A DNA stretch of 64,000 nucleotides from the NCBI GenBank assembly GCA_000004695.1, contig CM000155.2, positions 1,024,001-1,088,000 of the forward strand. The letters are read 5' to 3'. Each line of letters starts with the position of its first letter. Position 1 is the first letter of the stretch. This stretch comes from Dictyostelium discoideum (taxonomy: Eukaryota). A program made the position numbers and the translations under genes. Positions 1 to 12,780 of the stretch are shown here, piece by piece. The notes beneath the pieces were generated by a model that had not been told where the DNA came from, made no database searches, and saw nothing but the letters and a program-made list of their open reading frames with translations.

Positions 1-1099
1 ATAGAAACTAATTGGAAGACTTGGGTCAATGACAGTGTCTGATGGTGGGCAAACATCATTTGTGCATAAATCATCATCATTACAATCTGTTATTGGATTG
101 CAACATGTACTACCATCACCATTACAAACACCACAATAATCATACTTATCACAATATAACTCTAATGAAGTTTCAATACGAATTGTTGATCTTGATGTAT
201 GTCTTTCACAATAAAAGAAATTGAATGGATAAACTTTACCAACTGTTAAACCGAGTGTTGAAAGATCGACAGATGAAGATGCAGCTGGATGTGTACCACC
301 CAAATCAACGACTAATTGTTTATTAATAAATACCCATACATCATCATCACCAGTGAATTTAAATGTTTCATTACCTTTAAATAAAAAACGATTATCAAAT
401 TGAAAGCAAAAATGATAATTATGATATGTCTTATTTGTACTTTCATCATCTTTATAAATACGATTTGCTGGATCTGTATCAAAACCTTCATAATCAACTA
501 TAGTTTAATAAAAAATAGTGTTTTTAAAAATTAGTTTTTTTTAAATAGAAAATATTCTTTTAAATAAAAAACAACTTTTAATTTTTAATAATTTACTTAC
601 TTGGGAAAAAGAAATCATTATCATAAATATAATTACCACTTGCGGTTCTTAGTAATTTAAGTTGTTTTTTAATTGGAAAATTTCTACCACAATTGAAAGT
701 TGTATTTGAAATTTGATTTGGAGCAAAGAAATATTTAAATAACTCTGGTGAATACATTCTACCATTTTTGTTTGAATATGTTAAATTTGAATATGAATTT
801 AAAACTGGTAAACCATCAGATCCCAATGTTGTTTGAACTAAATTCTTTGTTAATGACCCAGTTTCTGGTTCAAAATTATTATTATACAATGGAAGTTGAT
901 CATAAATTGTAATGTCAACATCAAGATGTGCTATTATTAAAAAAAAAAATGAAAAAAATAAAAAAAAAAAAAATTAGTTTTACAATATTAATTTTTTAAA
1001 AAATATAATTGAATAATAAAAAAACATACTTGATGGGGTTTGTGTTAATACAATAGTTTTATAAAATGTTAAAATAAATAAATAAATTAATAATTTCAT
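1..1099 (-). CDS. Secreted PA14-domain protein (Dictyostelium PSI/prespore-type family), 3' end outside window. Exons approx 1099..1030 (signal peptide [23 protein letters not shown], donor GTATGT), 930..601 (donor GTAAGT), 497..1 (continues past window start).
   Basis: Minus-strand translation gives [30 protein letters not shown] (PA14 core motif) followed by Cys-rich [32 protein letters not shown]. Canonical GT..AG introns join the frames. N-terminal hydrophobic signal peptide exon. Confidence 0.6.
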
Positions 1100-3244
1100 T
1101 TTTTTTTTTTTTTTTTTTTTTTTTATTATATATTTCAAATGTTTTTTAAAAATTAATAAATAACCAAAAAATAAAAAAATGTTTTTAAATATTTATAATT
1201 ATTATTACTATTATTATTATTTGTTTAAAAAAAATATGGAATTTGAAAAAAAAAAAAATTCTTTTTATAAATAATTTTTTTATATTATCCAATAGAATTT
1301 TATTTAAAATAAAAAAAAAATATTTTAATTCTAAAATCGGCTCAATTGATAATTTATTGAATATTTTGATTTTTTTTTTAAAAGTACCAACCCACATACA
1401 TTAATTTGGGATTTATTATAAAAATAGTTTTTTTTTTTTTTTTTTATTTATTTTTATCTGCCTCTATATATAAAATATGTGGATTATCAATATGTTTATA
1501 CTTTAATTTTTTTAAAAAAAATCAATTTAAATCTCAATCAATTTGAACCACAAACCCTCTCTCTCCTTTCCTACTCTAAGAAATTGGTTTTAGAATGAAA
1601 AATTATATTGTAATTGAGCACACACACTCACTCTATATTGTAGGTGGTATAAAATAATAATATTATTTCATTTTTGATGTTTTTTATAAATTAATAAAAA
1701 AATTTTGTATAGTGTTTTTATAATTTTTATCTTAGTAATGTGGTAATAGAAAAAGAAAAAATGTGTGTGTGTTTTTTTGTTTTTTTTTTTTAAAAAGTAA
1801 AAACATAACAAAATTGTGTGTTGTTTTTAAATTTTTTGATTTTTATTGTTATTGTTTTCTTATTGTTATCATAATTTAAAATTATTTTTAAGGTGGGAGG
1901 TTTTTTCACCTCTAAAAAAAAATTATCCCTTATTATTAAATAAAGAAACCTTTTAAAACCGTTTAGCCCCTAATTTAAAAAAAAAAAAAAAATCCAAAAA
2001 AAAAAAAAAAAAAAAAAACCCCTTAAATCGTGTTATTGGTTGGTAATTGAATTATATTATATTTAAAAAAAAAAAAAAAAAAAAAATATTAATATAAAGC
2101 AAAGATTCAATTAAGATTTGATTATTCCTTTCGTTTTATAAAATTTAATAGATTAACAATGTGTTTTTTTATAACCCTACCCCCAAGAAAAAAAAAACAA
2201 GGAAATTAATCACACACATACACAATGCTTGTTTAAATTATCTTTGTGATTATTAAATCTTTTGTAATCTAAAACCTTTTATTTAATAGATAATTTTTTA
2301 TAAAAATCTAAAATATTATTAAATATTTTCAATCGATTTTGATCATCGATCATTATTAGATTTTGGGTCTTTATTTTTATTATTAATTTTTGTTTCTTTT
2401 TATTTAATTTAATTTAATATTTATTTTATTTTATTTTAAAAGCCAGTGATTTAAAGAAATTATTTCAAAAAAAAAAGATAAAAAATTAATAAAAAAAAAA
2501 AAAAAACTATATTAACAACTTCATGAAATTAGTAAAGATAAAGGTTTTTTTCATTGAAAATTTTAATTTTAAATTTTTTTTTATTTTTACTTTCAATTCA
2601 AATAAATCAATTTTATCTAGAAATATTTTTTTAAAAATTATTTTATTTTAATTTGACAAGATAAAATAATAATAAAAAAAAAAAAAAAAAAAAAAAAAAT
2701 TATAATTTAATAAAAAAAAGAAAATAAAAGAAAATTAAATTAAAAAAAATAAAAGAAAATAAAAGAAAAATAAATAGTATAAGATAATTCATTAATACTT
2801 GAGAGAATGAACAATTGGTTGTTTTTTTTTTTTTTCTCTAAATCAACAATGATAACAATTTAAAAAAAAAAAAATAAAGAATTTAAAATTTATTTTATTT
2901 TGTATCTTAATAAATTAATTTAGTATTTTTTTTTTGCTATAAAGAAATTTAAAGATGTAACTATCATTTCCAAAAAAATTTGAAAGTATAAACACAATCA
3001 AAGAAAAACAATTTTTTTTTTTTTTTTTTTTTTCAAGGAAATTTTTTCAAAAAATAAAAAATATCTTTTTAATGAGCTCGAAATTTATTTCAAGCATTTT
3101 CTTTTTTTTTTCCCATCTAATTTTTTATTTAAAATCAAAAATAATTTTTTTTTTTTTTTTTTTTATAATCTCATTTTTTTTATTTTTTTTTAAAAACAAA
3201 TAAAAAACAAATATATAAATATAAAAAAAAAAAAAAAAAAAAAA

Positions 3245-6001
3245 ATGTTTAGTAGTATAACAAGTAAATTATCAGCAATTTCAGGTGGATCAAGTAAAAA
3301 TGATTATAAAGAAGCAAATTATTATAATTATTTTAGAATTTTAGAAAAGAAACAAACTGAAGAGATTGCAAGAAAAAGATGTGGTTTATATAGTTTAAAA
3401 AATCATAATAATGTATTTGTTTTAAAAGAGTTTTCAATTGAAACTGAAATTAATGATTGTAGTTCAACATCAATTTGGACACAAAGCTATTCAAATGATT
3501 CAAATACACCAGTCGAGGCAAAGTATCAATTACCATTACATCCAACATCGGTTGTATCAAATTTTCAAATTGAATATCAAGGTAAAGTAATTCAAGGTAA
3601 AATCAAAGAGAAAGAGAAAGCATTAGAGAAATACAATGATGCAATTGCAAGTGGTGGTCAAGCATTTATGGCAACAAAATCAGATGACGGTTATTTCAAT
3701 TTAACACTTGGTAATTTACCACCAAAAGAGAATGTTAAAGTTAGAGTTGTAATCTCATCAGAGTTGGGTACACATACCGATGGTCAATTACATTATTGTC
3801 TTCATCGTTATATGTTCCCATCTTATGCATTCAATTTCAACTATAATGTAGTTTTAAAATTTTCAATTCCAATTAAATCGATTGATTGTGATGGTTTTGA
3901 TGTAAATGTAAATTATAAAGAGAATTCAAGTAAAAAAGAAGCAAAAATCACATCAAAATCACAGCATACAAGTGGTGTTAAAAAGAATATAATTTTAATT
4001 ATTCAACCTGTTGAGCTAAATGAACCAAAATCCATGATTGAATATATTGGTGGTGGCGATGATAAATCTTATGCAACAGCAATTAATTTTTATCCATCAT
4101 TCAAGAATGTTAATCCAGATGAAGTTTATCAAAAGAGTGAATTTATTTTCTTAATTGATTGTTCTGGTTCAATGAGTGGTCAATCGATTAATAAAGCTAG
4201 ACGTGCTATGGAAATTATTATTAGATCATTGAATGAACAACATAAAGTAAATATCTATTGTTTTGGTTCATCTTTTAATAAGGTATTCGATAAATCAAGA
4301 GTTTACAATGATGAAACCTTAGAGATTGCAGGTTCATTTGTTGAGAAAATTTCAGCAAATTTGGGTGGCACAGAATTATTACCACCAATGGTTGATATTC
4401 TTTCCTCTCCAAATGATCCAGAGTATCCAAGACAAGTTTTCATTCTAACCGACGGTGAAATCTCTGAAAGGGATAAATTAATTGATTATGTAGCAAAGGA
4501 AGCAAATACAACTCGTATCTTCACCTATGGTATTGGTGCTAGTGTCGATCAAGAATTGGTTATTGGTCTTTCAAAAGCATGTAAAGGTTATTATGAAATG
4601 ATCAAAGAGACTACCAATATGGAGAAACAAGTAATGAAGTTATTAAATGTTGCATTTGAACCAATGCTTTCAAATATTAAATTGGATTGGTCATCATGTG
4701 GTCTTGTTGATGTCATTCAAGCACCTTCTCACATTAGACCACTTTTCAATCAAGAGAGAATGATGATCTATTCAATGATACCATCAAATCAAACCAATCA
4801 AGATATCATCAATGCCTCTATTGAGACTTCAAAACCATTAATAATCACTTTAACTGGTGATGGTCCAAAAGGTAATGTTTTATCATTCCCAATCACTTTA
4901 GATTTTAAAAATGATCTTTCTACAAATTCAAATCAAATTCATACTCTAGCTGCTTTTAAACATATTCAAGATCTTGAAGAAAGTGAAAGAAAAGAAAAGA
5001 AGGATAATAAAGATAAAATCGTTGAATTGGGTAAGAAATATGGTTTAGTTTCAAAACATACCTCTTATATTGTTACCGCTGATTCTGATAATGTCACTGA
5101 AGAAACAATGAAAACTGTTGACATTATGAATCAATCACCTCCTATTCGTCCTGGTGGTCGTATTGTTTCTAGAGGTGGTGGTAGAAGTGGTGCTAGTGGT
5201 GCTTTATCTTCAAGTATTTTGTCAAGAAAACGTTCATCCTCCCCATCTACTGCTACTAAACGATCTTCTTCATCTTCATTTTCATCTTCATATTTATCTT
5301 TATCATCTTCATCCCAAAAGAAGAAAAAAGAAGTTAGTAGAAGTGATGATGATGACGATGATGAAAAAATAGAAAATTGTGTTGAAAGTTATGAAAGTGA
5401 CGGAGGTGATCAATCAAGTGAACAAGATGAAGAAGAAGAAGACGATTGTGATGATTTCCATGAAGATCTAGACGAAGATTTAGGTGCTACCGCAATGGAT
5501 GTTGATAAAAAAGAATGTGAAAAAGAATGTAAAAAGAAAGATTCTTCAAAAGTTGACCTTAAAGTCAAACCTTCAAAAGTACCTCTACCATCAAGATCAC
5601 CTTCAGTTTCAAAACCAACAACAACATCACTACTTTCTCCATCTCCAAAATCAGCACCATCAGCACCATCACAACAAAAATCAGTTAAAAGTACTGGTGA
5701 TTTATTAATTGATTTATTAAAAATTCAAAAATCAAATGGTTCTTGGACAAAATCTTCTATTGATCAATTGAAAATCCCAACTGACAAAGCACCTGCCGAA
5801 TTATCAACTACTGAATTAAATGACATTTGGGTAACCATTATCGTTATTGCAAAGATTGTAAAATTCTTCTCATCTGAAAAAGCTCAATATGAACTTGCAA
5901 TTCAAAAATCAACAAGATGGGTAAAACTTCAATTATCGAAATTAAATCTTCCTGAAAATACTTTTGATAAATTTTTATCAAACGCTAAATCATTAGTTTA
6001 A
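3245..6001 (+). CDS. VIT (vault/inter-alpha-trypsin) + von Willebrand factor A domain protein, single exon, 918 aa. Ser/acidic low-complexity linker and conserved C-terminal block.
   Basis: Uninterrupted ORF. VIT signature KGKIKEKEKALEKYNDAIASGGQAF. vWA MIDAS motif FLIDCSGSMSG ... LTDGE. Paralogous to 22109..24990. Confidence 0.85.
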   Translation: MFSSITSKLSAISGGSSKNDYKEANYYNYFRILEKKQTEEIARKRCGLYSLKNHNNVFVLKEFSIETEINDCSSTSIWTQSYSNDSNTPVEAKYQLPLHPTSVVSNFQIEYQGKVIQGKIKEKEKALEKYNDAIASGGQAFMATKSDDGYFNLTLGNLPPKENVKVRVVISSELGTHTDGQLHYCLHRYMFPSYAFNFNYNVVLKFSIPIKSIDCDGFDVNVNYKENSSKKEAKITSKSQHTSGVKKNIILIIQPVELNEPKSMIEYIGGGDDKSYATAINFYPSFKNVNPDEVYQKSEFIFLIDCSGSMSGQSINKARRAMEIIIRSLNEQHKVNIYCFGSSFNKVFDKSRVYNDETLEIAGSFVEKISANLGGTELLPPMVDILSSPNDPEYPRQVFILTDGEISERDKLIDYVAKEANTTRIFTYGIGASVDQELVIGLSKACKGYYEMIKETTNMEKQVMKLLNVAFEPMLSNIKLDWSSCGLVDVIQAPSHIRPLFNQERMMIYSMIPSNQTNQDIINASIETSKPLIITLTGDGPKGNVLSFPITLDFKNDLSTNSNQIHTLAAFKHIQDLEESERKEKKDNKDKIVELGKKYGLVSKHTSYIVTADSDNVTEETMKTVDIMNQSPPIRPGGRIVSRGGGRSGASGALSSSILSRKRSSSPSTATKRSSSSSFSSSYLSLSSSSQKKKKEVSRSDDDDDDEKIENCVESYESDGGDQSSEQDEEEEDDCDDFHEDLDEDLGATAMDVDKKECEKECKKKDSSKVDLKVKPSKVPLPSRSPSVSKPTTTSLLSPSPKSAPSAPSQQKSVKSTGDLLIDLLKIQKSNGSWTKSSIDQLKIPTDKAPAELSTTELNDIWVTIIVIAKIVKFFSSEKAQYELAIQKSTRWVKLQLSKLNLPENTFDKFLSNAKSLV

Positions 6002-6029
6002 AAAAAAAAATTAATAAAAAAAAAAAAAT

Positions 6030-6076
<47 letters not shown>

Positions 6077-6335
6077 AAAGATTAAATAAAAAATTAATAT
6101 GTAACAAGACTCTATTCTTTTATTAATGAGAAAGATTGAATTTTGAAAAACATGTGTCATTTTTATTTTATTAATAATTAAATTAATGTTTTTTTTTTTT
6201 TTTATTTTTTAAATTTTTATTTTTAAACTTTAATTCTAATATAAAATCTTTTTTTTTTTTTTTTTTTTTATTATTATTATTGTAATTTTATTTGTTTTCT
6301 TTTTAATATTTATTATAAATAATAATTCAGTTTAT

Positions 6336-6468
6336 GAAAAAGAAAAGGTAGAAACAGATTTAGATAATAGAATTCCTTCACTTGATGTTTTTAATATGGA
6401 TGGTTCAAGATATGTTGATATTTCTAAAATGAGTTCCAATGAAGAGAAATTAGCTTTTATTAGAAATG
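6336..6468 (+). CDS. Possible internal exon (acceptor ..ttcag, donor GTAAGT) reading VYEKEKVETDLDNRIPSLDVFNMDGSRYVDISKMSSNEEKLAFIRN. It belongs to an unresolved small gene spanning about 6336..7370.
   Basis: Only one frame open between a 3' AG and a canonical GTAAGT donor. A second exon-like ORF at about 7187..7367 ends in TAA after an ..attgcag acceptor. The two phases do not join directly, so at least one exon is missing. Confidence 0.2.
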
Positions 6469-6929
6469 TAAGTCGTTGTCGGTGTTGTTGTTCACTTGAA
6501 AATATTTTTAATTTTAATCATAATTTTTAAAATAATTGGTAATAATTAAATCTCTCTATAATTTTTAATAATTATTTTTATATATTTAAAATATTGAACT
6601 TTTAACCAATGGTTATAGTGGATTCGTAATTGAAAAGTGAACTCTAAATCATTTGTAAATGATTATAGTTATAATAAAAATGAATTCTTATTAAATGGAT
6701 TGGTTATCATTAGTGAATAAAGATTTAATGGAACAGTTGTAATGGAAATGAATAGAATAATTTTAAATTGTTTCAATACATATGGTTATATTGATTCTTC
6801 AGGTAGTTCAGATGTTATTAATGAGAATACAGTTTAAACGAGGTTCTTTTAAAATTTTACCACCAATTTTTACCTAATTAATACCATAACAACCCGAGCA
6901 TTTATAGAATTCTTTTTTTTTACTTTATT

Positions 6930-7040
6930 ATTTATAATTTACTTCATATATTAATAATACACGTGTTGGAAGATGGTTCTTTTGAAATTATACCACTTCC
7001 AACACATGTTTATTAGTATATGAAGTAAATTTATAAATAT
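6930..7040. repeat. Near-perfect inverted repeat (hairpin) with roughly 40-bp arms and a roughly 23-bp spacer. It sits in a less AT-rich island about 6590..7180.
   Basis: Left arm tttataatttacttcatatattaataatacacgtgttggaag. Right arm cttccaacacatgtttattagtatatgaagtaaatttataaa is its reverse complement with 2-3 mismatches. Confidence 0.7.
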
Positions 7041-7784
7041 CAAAGTTGAAAAAGCATTCGGTAAATGTACAAATTATTTTGGTAATTCTATAAACCTTGT
7101 TATTTAACTTGGTTCTCAAAGACTTACTGCGAGTGATATCAATTAATATCAAGTAACCTACCAAATATTAAATACCAATTGCAGGTTCATTATTTGATAA
7201 TAATAATAATAATGTTAATAATAAACCAAATAATCCAATCTACACCATCACCATCCAACCAAACTCACTATTCTTTCAAGATCCACCATTTCCAAATAAT
7301 CCTACTGCATTATTGAACTTTTTACAGTCAAATAAAAGATTGATTCAATTCCATTTCAATATTTAAATTAATTAAATTTTAATTCTGTTTATAATTTAAT
7401 GAATACAATATATACATAATAATATATTTAAAATAAAAAATCAAAATTATAAAATAATAAAAAAGAATATCTTTTTTTTTTTTTTTTTTTTTTACTATTA
7501 TATATTACATTTATCTTTTGTTTTTGTCTTTTATGAATCACTTGATTTCCTAATGATATAAATGACCCCTCACCATTTTTGAATTCACAAAATTTGTATT
7601 TTTTTTAGTTTTTTTGACTAATTATTCATCTTTGACAGAAATCAAAATTACCATTTTTTTAGTGATTAGACTACATCAAATAAGAAGGAAATTTGATCAT
7701 AGCGTGGAATCCAAAAAAAGAAAAAAAAAATAAACTTTAACCAAACACAACTTTGGGTGTGAGTTAACCAATATATTGTGTTTT

Positions 7785-7852
<68 letters not shown>

Positions 7853-7929
7853 TTCAATTACCAATTTGGTTTTTTTGAAAGAAATAAAACAATAAAAGAT
7901 TAATTTAAATTATTTAAAAATAGCTTAAA

Positions 7930-8165
7930 AATCGATATAATTTTATTTTTTTTATCTTTCCAATTTTTTCCAATATTTTCCAAGATTTTAAAAAATTAAT
8001 GGATTTTTACTATCTGAAAAAAAAAAATAGAAAACAAATAAAATCGATATATTCTTTATTTTTATTTTCATTTTTTATTTTTTACAGGATTTCCCAATAT
8101 TTTCCAAGATTTTAATGAATTTTACTAAAAGATTAATGGGTTTTACTGAAAAAAATAAAAATAAA
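7930..8165. repeat. Imperfect tandem duplication of a roughly 115-bp unit (2 copies).
   Basis: Both copies contain atcgatata ... ccaatattttccaagatttta ... ttaatgg(a/g)ttttactatctgaaaaaaa in the same order. Confidence 0.55.
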
Positions 8166-8622
8166 AAAATTATTTATATAGAGGTAGTTGTGGTAGTGGT
8201 GAATATAAATAAAAACTTTATTTATTTTAAAAATGCAACAAACTCTGGAATTTAACCAAGCATTATAATTTGATTGAATGAATTACAAAATACCATTTCC
8301 TTTACAGATCTTGGAATTGTATTAAACTCTAAAAGATTATTATATGAACAACCCTGAATGAAGTATCTTTTCTGATGATGAAGGTAGAACCAGGCTATAA
8401 TGCCCTTATCAAATGAATCTCCAAATTTAATATTTCTAACACCTATTCAAAGAATTAGACCTGGTAGTATTGTTAAACTATCCATCAATAATGTTGTATC
8501 AGTTGTTGGTATTTTTGGTAGTTTTTCTTCATTTAATTGTAATGATTGGTTTGATATTATATTTGTGTTTGTTTTAGTAGTAGTGGTAGAAGTAGTTATT
8601 GTTGTTGTTGTTGTTGTTGTGA

Positions 8623-8696
8623 TTACAATAGTTGTGCTGTTGAAGTTGGTGATAATGGAATTGTTGGTGTATTTGATGTTGAAACTCCATCATCAC

Positions 8697-8760
<64 letters not shown>

Positions 8761-10397
8761 TTGTTGATTAAATTGATTAATTAATTGATTATGATCAGAT
8801 TGTTTTAAAGATTCGTATCTTATTTCAGCTTCAGCTTGTTCAAAGAAAGAATTTTCTTCACTGATTGCAGGAGTATGAAAAGATAAAAATTCCACCCACA
8901 ACTTTAGTAAACCAACACTTGAAGCACGTAAACAAAATATTCTTTCATGTGTAACGATTTCAAAACATTCGAAACCGCCACCACATTCACATTCTCTAAT
9001 GTAGGCATTAGATAATCTAATACCATTGATTGGAGAAGGATCTCTTGGTGAATCGTAATACCAAAGGACATGTTCGTTGGTGTCTCTAATTGCAAACCAT
9101 TTATAATTCCACTCTGGTTTACTTTTACTCTTTTTACCTAAATATCCACTGAATGTAATATTTCTAAAAATGTAAAATGTACCATCATCCTTGAAGAAAT
9201 CCTTTGCACCATTTGCTGTTGTTATATAACCCTTATTAAATATCTCTTGACATAGAGTCAATGATTCCATTCTAGTAATTGCAAATTTTTGACAATTTGC
9301 CAGCATCCAATCAACAGTTTCACAACCAAGAAAACAATCTTTAAATTTTTTTAAATAACTACTTCTATCCATTCTCTTTAATCCATTAATATCATTTTTC
9401 ATTGAATCGACAATTGAAAAAATCTATAAAAATAATAATATTGTTAATATATTTTAATTTTATATATTATTTATATATATCAATTATATTATATTACCTC
9501 ATCATCAGTAGCAATTGTATCTTTAAAACAATAAATGAAACTAGCTCCATCTCTAAATGGCTGATCACCCCAATAATGTCTAATTAATGATTGATCTAAT
9601 ATGTATTGACCTAACTGAACTGCTAATTGTCTATTTATACAAATACCATTATTAATTAACCAATCCACCATCTCTGTACCTGTAAATGATTGTTTATATG
9701 TATGAAATTTATAATATCTATCACGAACTGGTAATCCACTATTTGAATCCTTTAAAAATTGCATTAAATTATTAATCTAAAAAGAAAAAAAAAAATTATT
9801 TTGAAATAGATAATCAATTAATACCAATTTTTTTTTTTTTCTTTAACTTTAAAGTTTAAAATAAAACATACAGTTAATTTTTTTTGACTATAAGCTGCAA
9901 ATATAATAGTTTTATCATGTGATTGTAAAATTGAAGATAACCTTCTTATAAAAGAAAAACTATTCTTATTGAAATCCATTCTTGTTGGATCAAAATTTCT
10001 ACTATTAAAAGATGAAAAACTATTACTACTATTATTAAAATTATTATTATTATTACAATGGTTTTGGTAATCAAAGTCTGATTGTGGGTAAGATATTAAT
10101 TGTTGTTGATGTTGGTGTTGTTGGTGTTGTTGGTGTTGTTGGTGTTGTTGGTGTTGTTGGTGTTGGTGTTGTTTTTGCGGTATATCCAAATCTGGAATTT
10201 CATCATTTAAAATATTATCAATACTTTCAATTTCAGGTGGAGTATAAGGTAATCTAGCATCTCCAACGATATCATCTATATCCCCAATCTCATTATCATT
10301 TAAGATATTACCATCTAATAAATCCTTTAATTGATTGAATAATAAAACTGTCTCTTTATACTGCTCTTCATCCAATCCAAGTAGTGGTGATATAGGT

Positions 10398-10462
<65 letters not shown>

Positions 10463-11057
10463 TTCTTTATCATGTTTGATTAAATTTTCGCTATAAATTT
10501 CATTTCCATTTTCATGTTGAATTCGAATGGCTGGTTCCTCTTTATTTTCCTCTTTTTCTTTTTCTTCATAATCCAATTGCATTTCTATTTCTTTTTCTTT
10601 TTGTTTTTGTTTTTCCATTTGATACTCTGCTTGTTCTAAAGTTTCTTCTTCTAAATCATCTTCTATTTCTTGTTCTACAAGTATTTCCTTTTGATCATCG
10701 TTATTGTTAATATTATTATTTTCTTCATCTTCTGCATTGTATTCATTTTCAATTTCTTCTTCACTATAAATTGTTTCAATCTCTAAATTATTTTTTTGAT
10801 TATTATTATTGACATCATTCATATTATTATTATTACCATTACCATTTATAAAATTATTATTATTATGGTTGTTTAAAATTTCTGTTTCTTTGTGCTTTAT
10901 TTTAAAATGAGATTCATTTTCACTATCTGTACTTTTTTCATTCGCTATATCTTTATTATAACAATAACTTTCTTCATCTTTTTCCTCCTCTTCTTCATTA
11001 TCCTTTGCTATTTTACAATTTTCTATTGTTTCTCTATTTACCAAGATACCATTGTAA

Positions 11058-11101
<44 letters not shown>

Positions 11102-11332
11102 GTTATTATTATTATTATTATTACCATTGTTATTATTATTTTCTATTTTATTTGCAGGTCCTAATGATTTTGAATCTTCATCACTATTATTGTCAGTGGT
11201 ATTGGCTATTGCTATTGGTTGTATTGTGCCAGTTTCACCAGGAAATTGAGAATTTAATGCCTCTGTTAATTTTCTGTCCTCTTCTAGCTCATCATCAAAT
11301 ATTAATATGTTGCTTGTATTTCTAAAATTCAT
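8623..11332 (-). CDS. DEP-DEP-PH-like domain protein with a long Asn/Gln/Glu-rich N-terminal region. Exons approx 11332..9825, 9777..9498, 9423..8623.
   Basis: Exon 2 encodes a DEP domain: FHTYKQSFTGTEMVDWLINNGICINRQLAVQLGQYILDQSLIRHYWGDQPFRDGASFIYCFKD. Exon 3 encodes a second DEP (FLGCETVDWMLANCQKFAITRMESLTLCQEIFNKGYI...YIFRN) and a PH-like segment (KWFAIRDTNEHVLWYYDSP...FEIVTHERIFCLRASS). Introns are GTATTAATT..TTTTAG and GTAATATAAT..TTATAG on the minus strand. Confidence 0.8.
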
Positions 11333-11336
11333 TATT

Positions 11337-11369
<33 letters not shown>

Positions 11370-11844
11370 CAACTATTTAAATAATTTTTACTGATTTATT
11401 CATTTAGGTTTTATTTTTATTTTTATAATTATTATTATATTTATTATTAACTATGTTTAAATGTTTGTTATTGTTAAACCGCTATTATTTTCCAATATTT
11501 TTTTTTTTTTTGTTATTACTATAATTTTTTAAAAAAAAAAAAGAAAAAAAAAAAAAAAAAAAATATTATAAAAAAAAAATAATTTAAAAAATAATTAAAA
11601 AAAATAAAAAAATTTAAAAAAAAAATTAATTTGGATCACCCTTTTAAATTTTTTTTTTTTTTTTCAATACTAAAAATAAGCAATGATATTTTTTTTAAAA
11701 TTGAACAAGCAATATTTCTAGAATTTCCTTTAAAAGCAACAAACAGAAAAAAATAAAAAAAAAAAAAATTTATTGAGTTTTTAATTTATTGTAAACTAAT
11801 TAGTTTCCTAAAGAATTTGTTATTAATTTCTTGGCATTATTTTT

Positions 11845-12746
11845 TTTTTTTTTTTTTATTTCTTAAATTTTTTATTTACATTCAAGTCCACAAAAAATGA
11901 TTGAATATCCTGCAAATATTGAAAAAATAAAAATGGAAAAAAAAAAAAAAAAAAAAAAAAAGTAGAATATTAATATTATTATTTTTATTACTATTAAAAA
12001 AAAATAATAAAAATAACTTACTTGTTTTGTAATTACTTGATTTTTATCTAATTTCTTTGAGAATAACTCTTTTAATTTCTCTTTCATATCACTAAAACCT
12101 TCTATTAGAGCTCTTTGTTGAGTTGGTGGTAATGTTTTACTAAATACATCTTGACCCATTTCAAAAACATTAACAGGTTTATTATCAAGATTTTCATCTA
12201 CAGTTTTATTCTTTTTTTTTAAAGAGTTTTCATCTTTTTCAAATAAGAACTCAACTTTTTTATCTTTATAAATTTCTTTACACTTTAAACAACTACATAA
12301 CTCATCTTTCCATAACTCTTTACAAAATAAATCATACTTTTTGTTTGGAGTTATAACTCCACCTTCAACTTTACAAATACTATTACTATTATTACTATTA
12401 TTGTTATTATTATTATTATCACCAATTATGATATGATCATTTTCAATATAACATCTAATCTGTGGATATAATAAAAGGAATTGATTTTTTGATAAACAAT
12501 CAGCACAAATTAAATCTGAAAATTCACCAGGACTTGGAATATCTGTAACGTTTGAATTTAATTTTAAACAATTCTCGTGGAACCAATCTTCACAAAATAT
12601 ACATTGAATCATATCTTCTTTATAGTCATAAGGACTATCACAATAACAATATTTTCCTTTAAAATTATGATTATAATGATTTCTTTCATTTAAAATTTGA
12701 CTTTTATCATATGATCCAATATCAATATCATTTAAATGGTTATTAT

Positions 12747-12780
<34 letters not shown>

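Noticed and set aside
5154-5708. ORF-track entries 5154..5372 and 5484..5708 (+) inside the VIT-vWA gene
   Set aside because: Alternative frames of the Ser/Asp/Lys-rich low-complexity coding region of the 918-aa protein. No independent signals.
7666-7857. Minus-strand ORF encoding poly-Phe
   Set aside because: Translation of an (A)n/(T)n homopolymer. Same for 1185..1397, 13843..14031, 14528..15217, 18101..18355, 35067..35397, 36175..36360, 45121..45405, 47190..47722, 60308..60529 and 63433..63621.
8400-8771. Plus-strand ORF 8400..8771 (poly-Tyr/Val) and 8904..9095, 10892..11325 plus and minus ORFs
   Set aside because: Antisense or alternative frames over the poly-Asn/Gln tracts of the minus-strand DEP gene. 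Repeat-driven open frames only.
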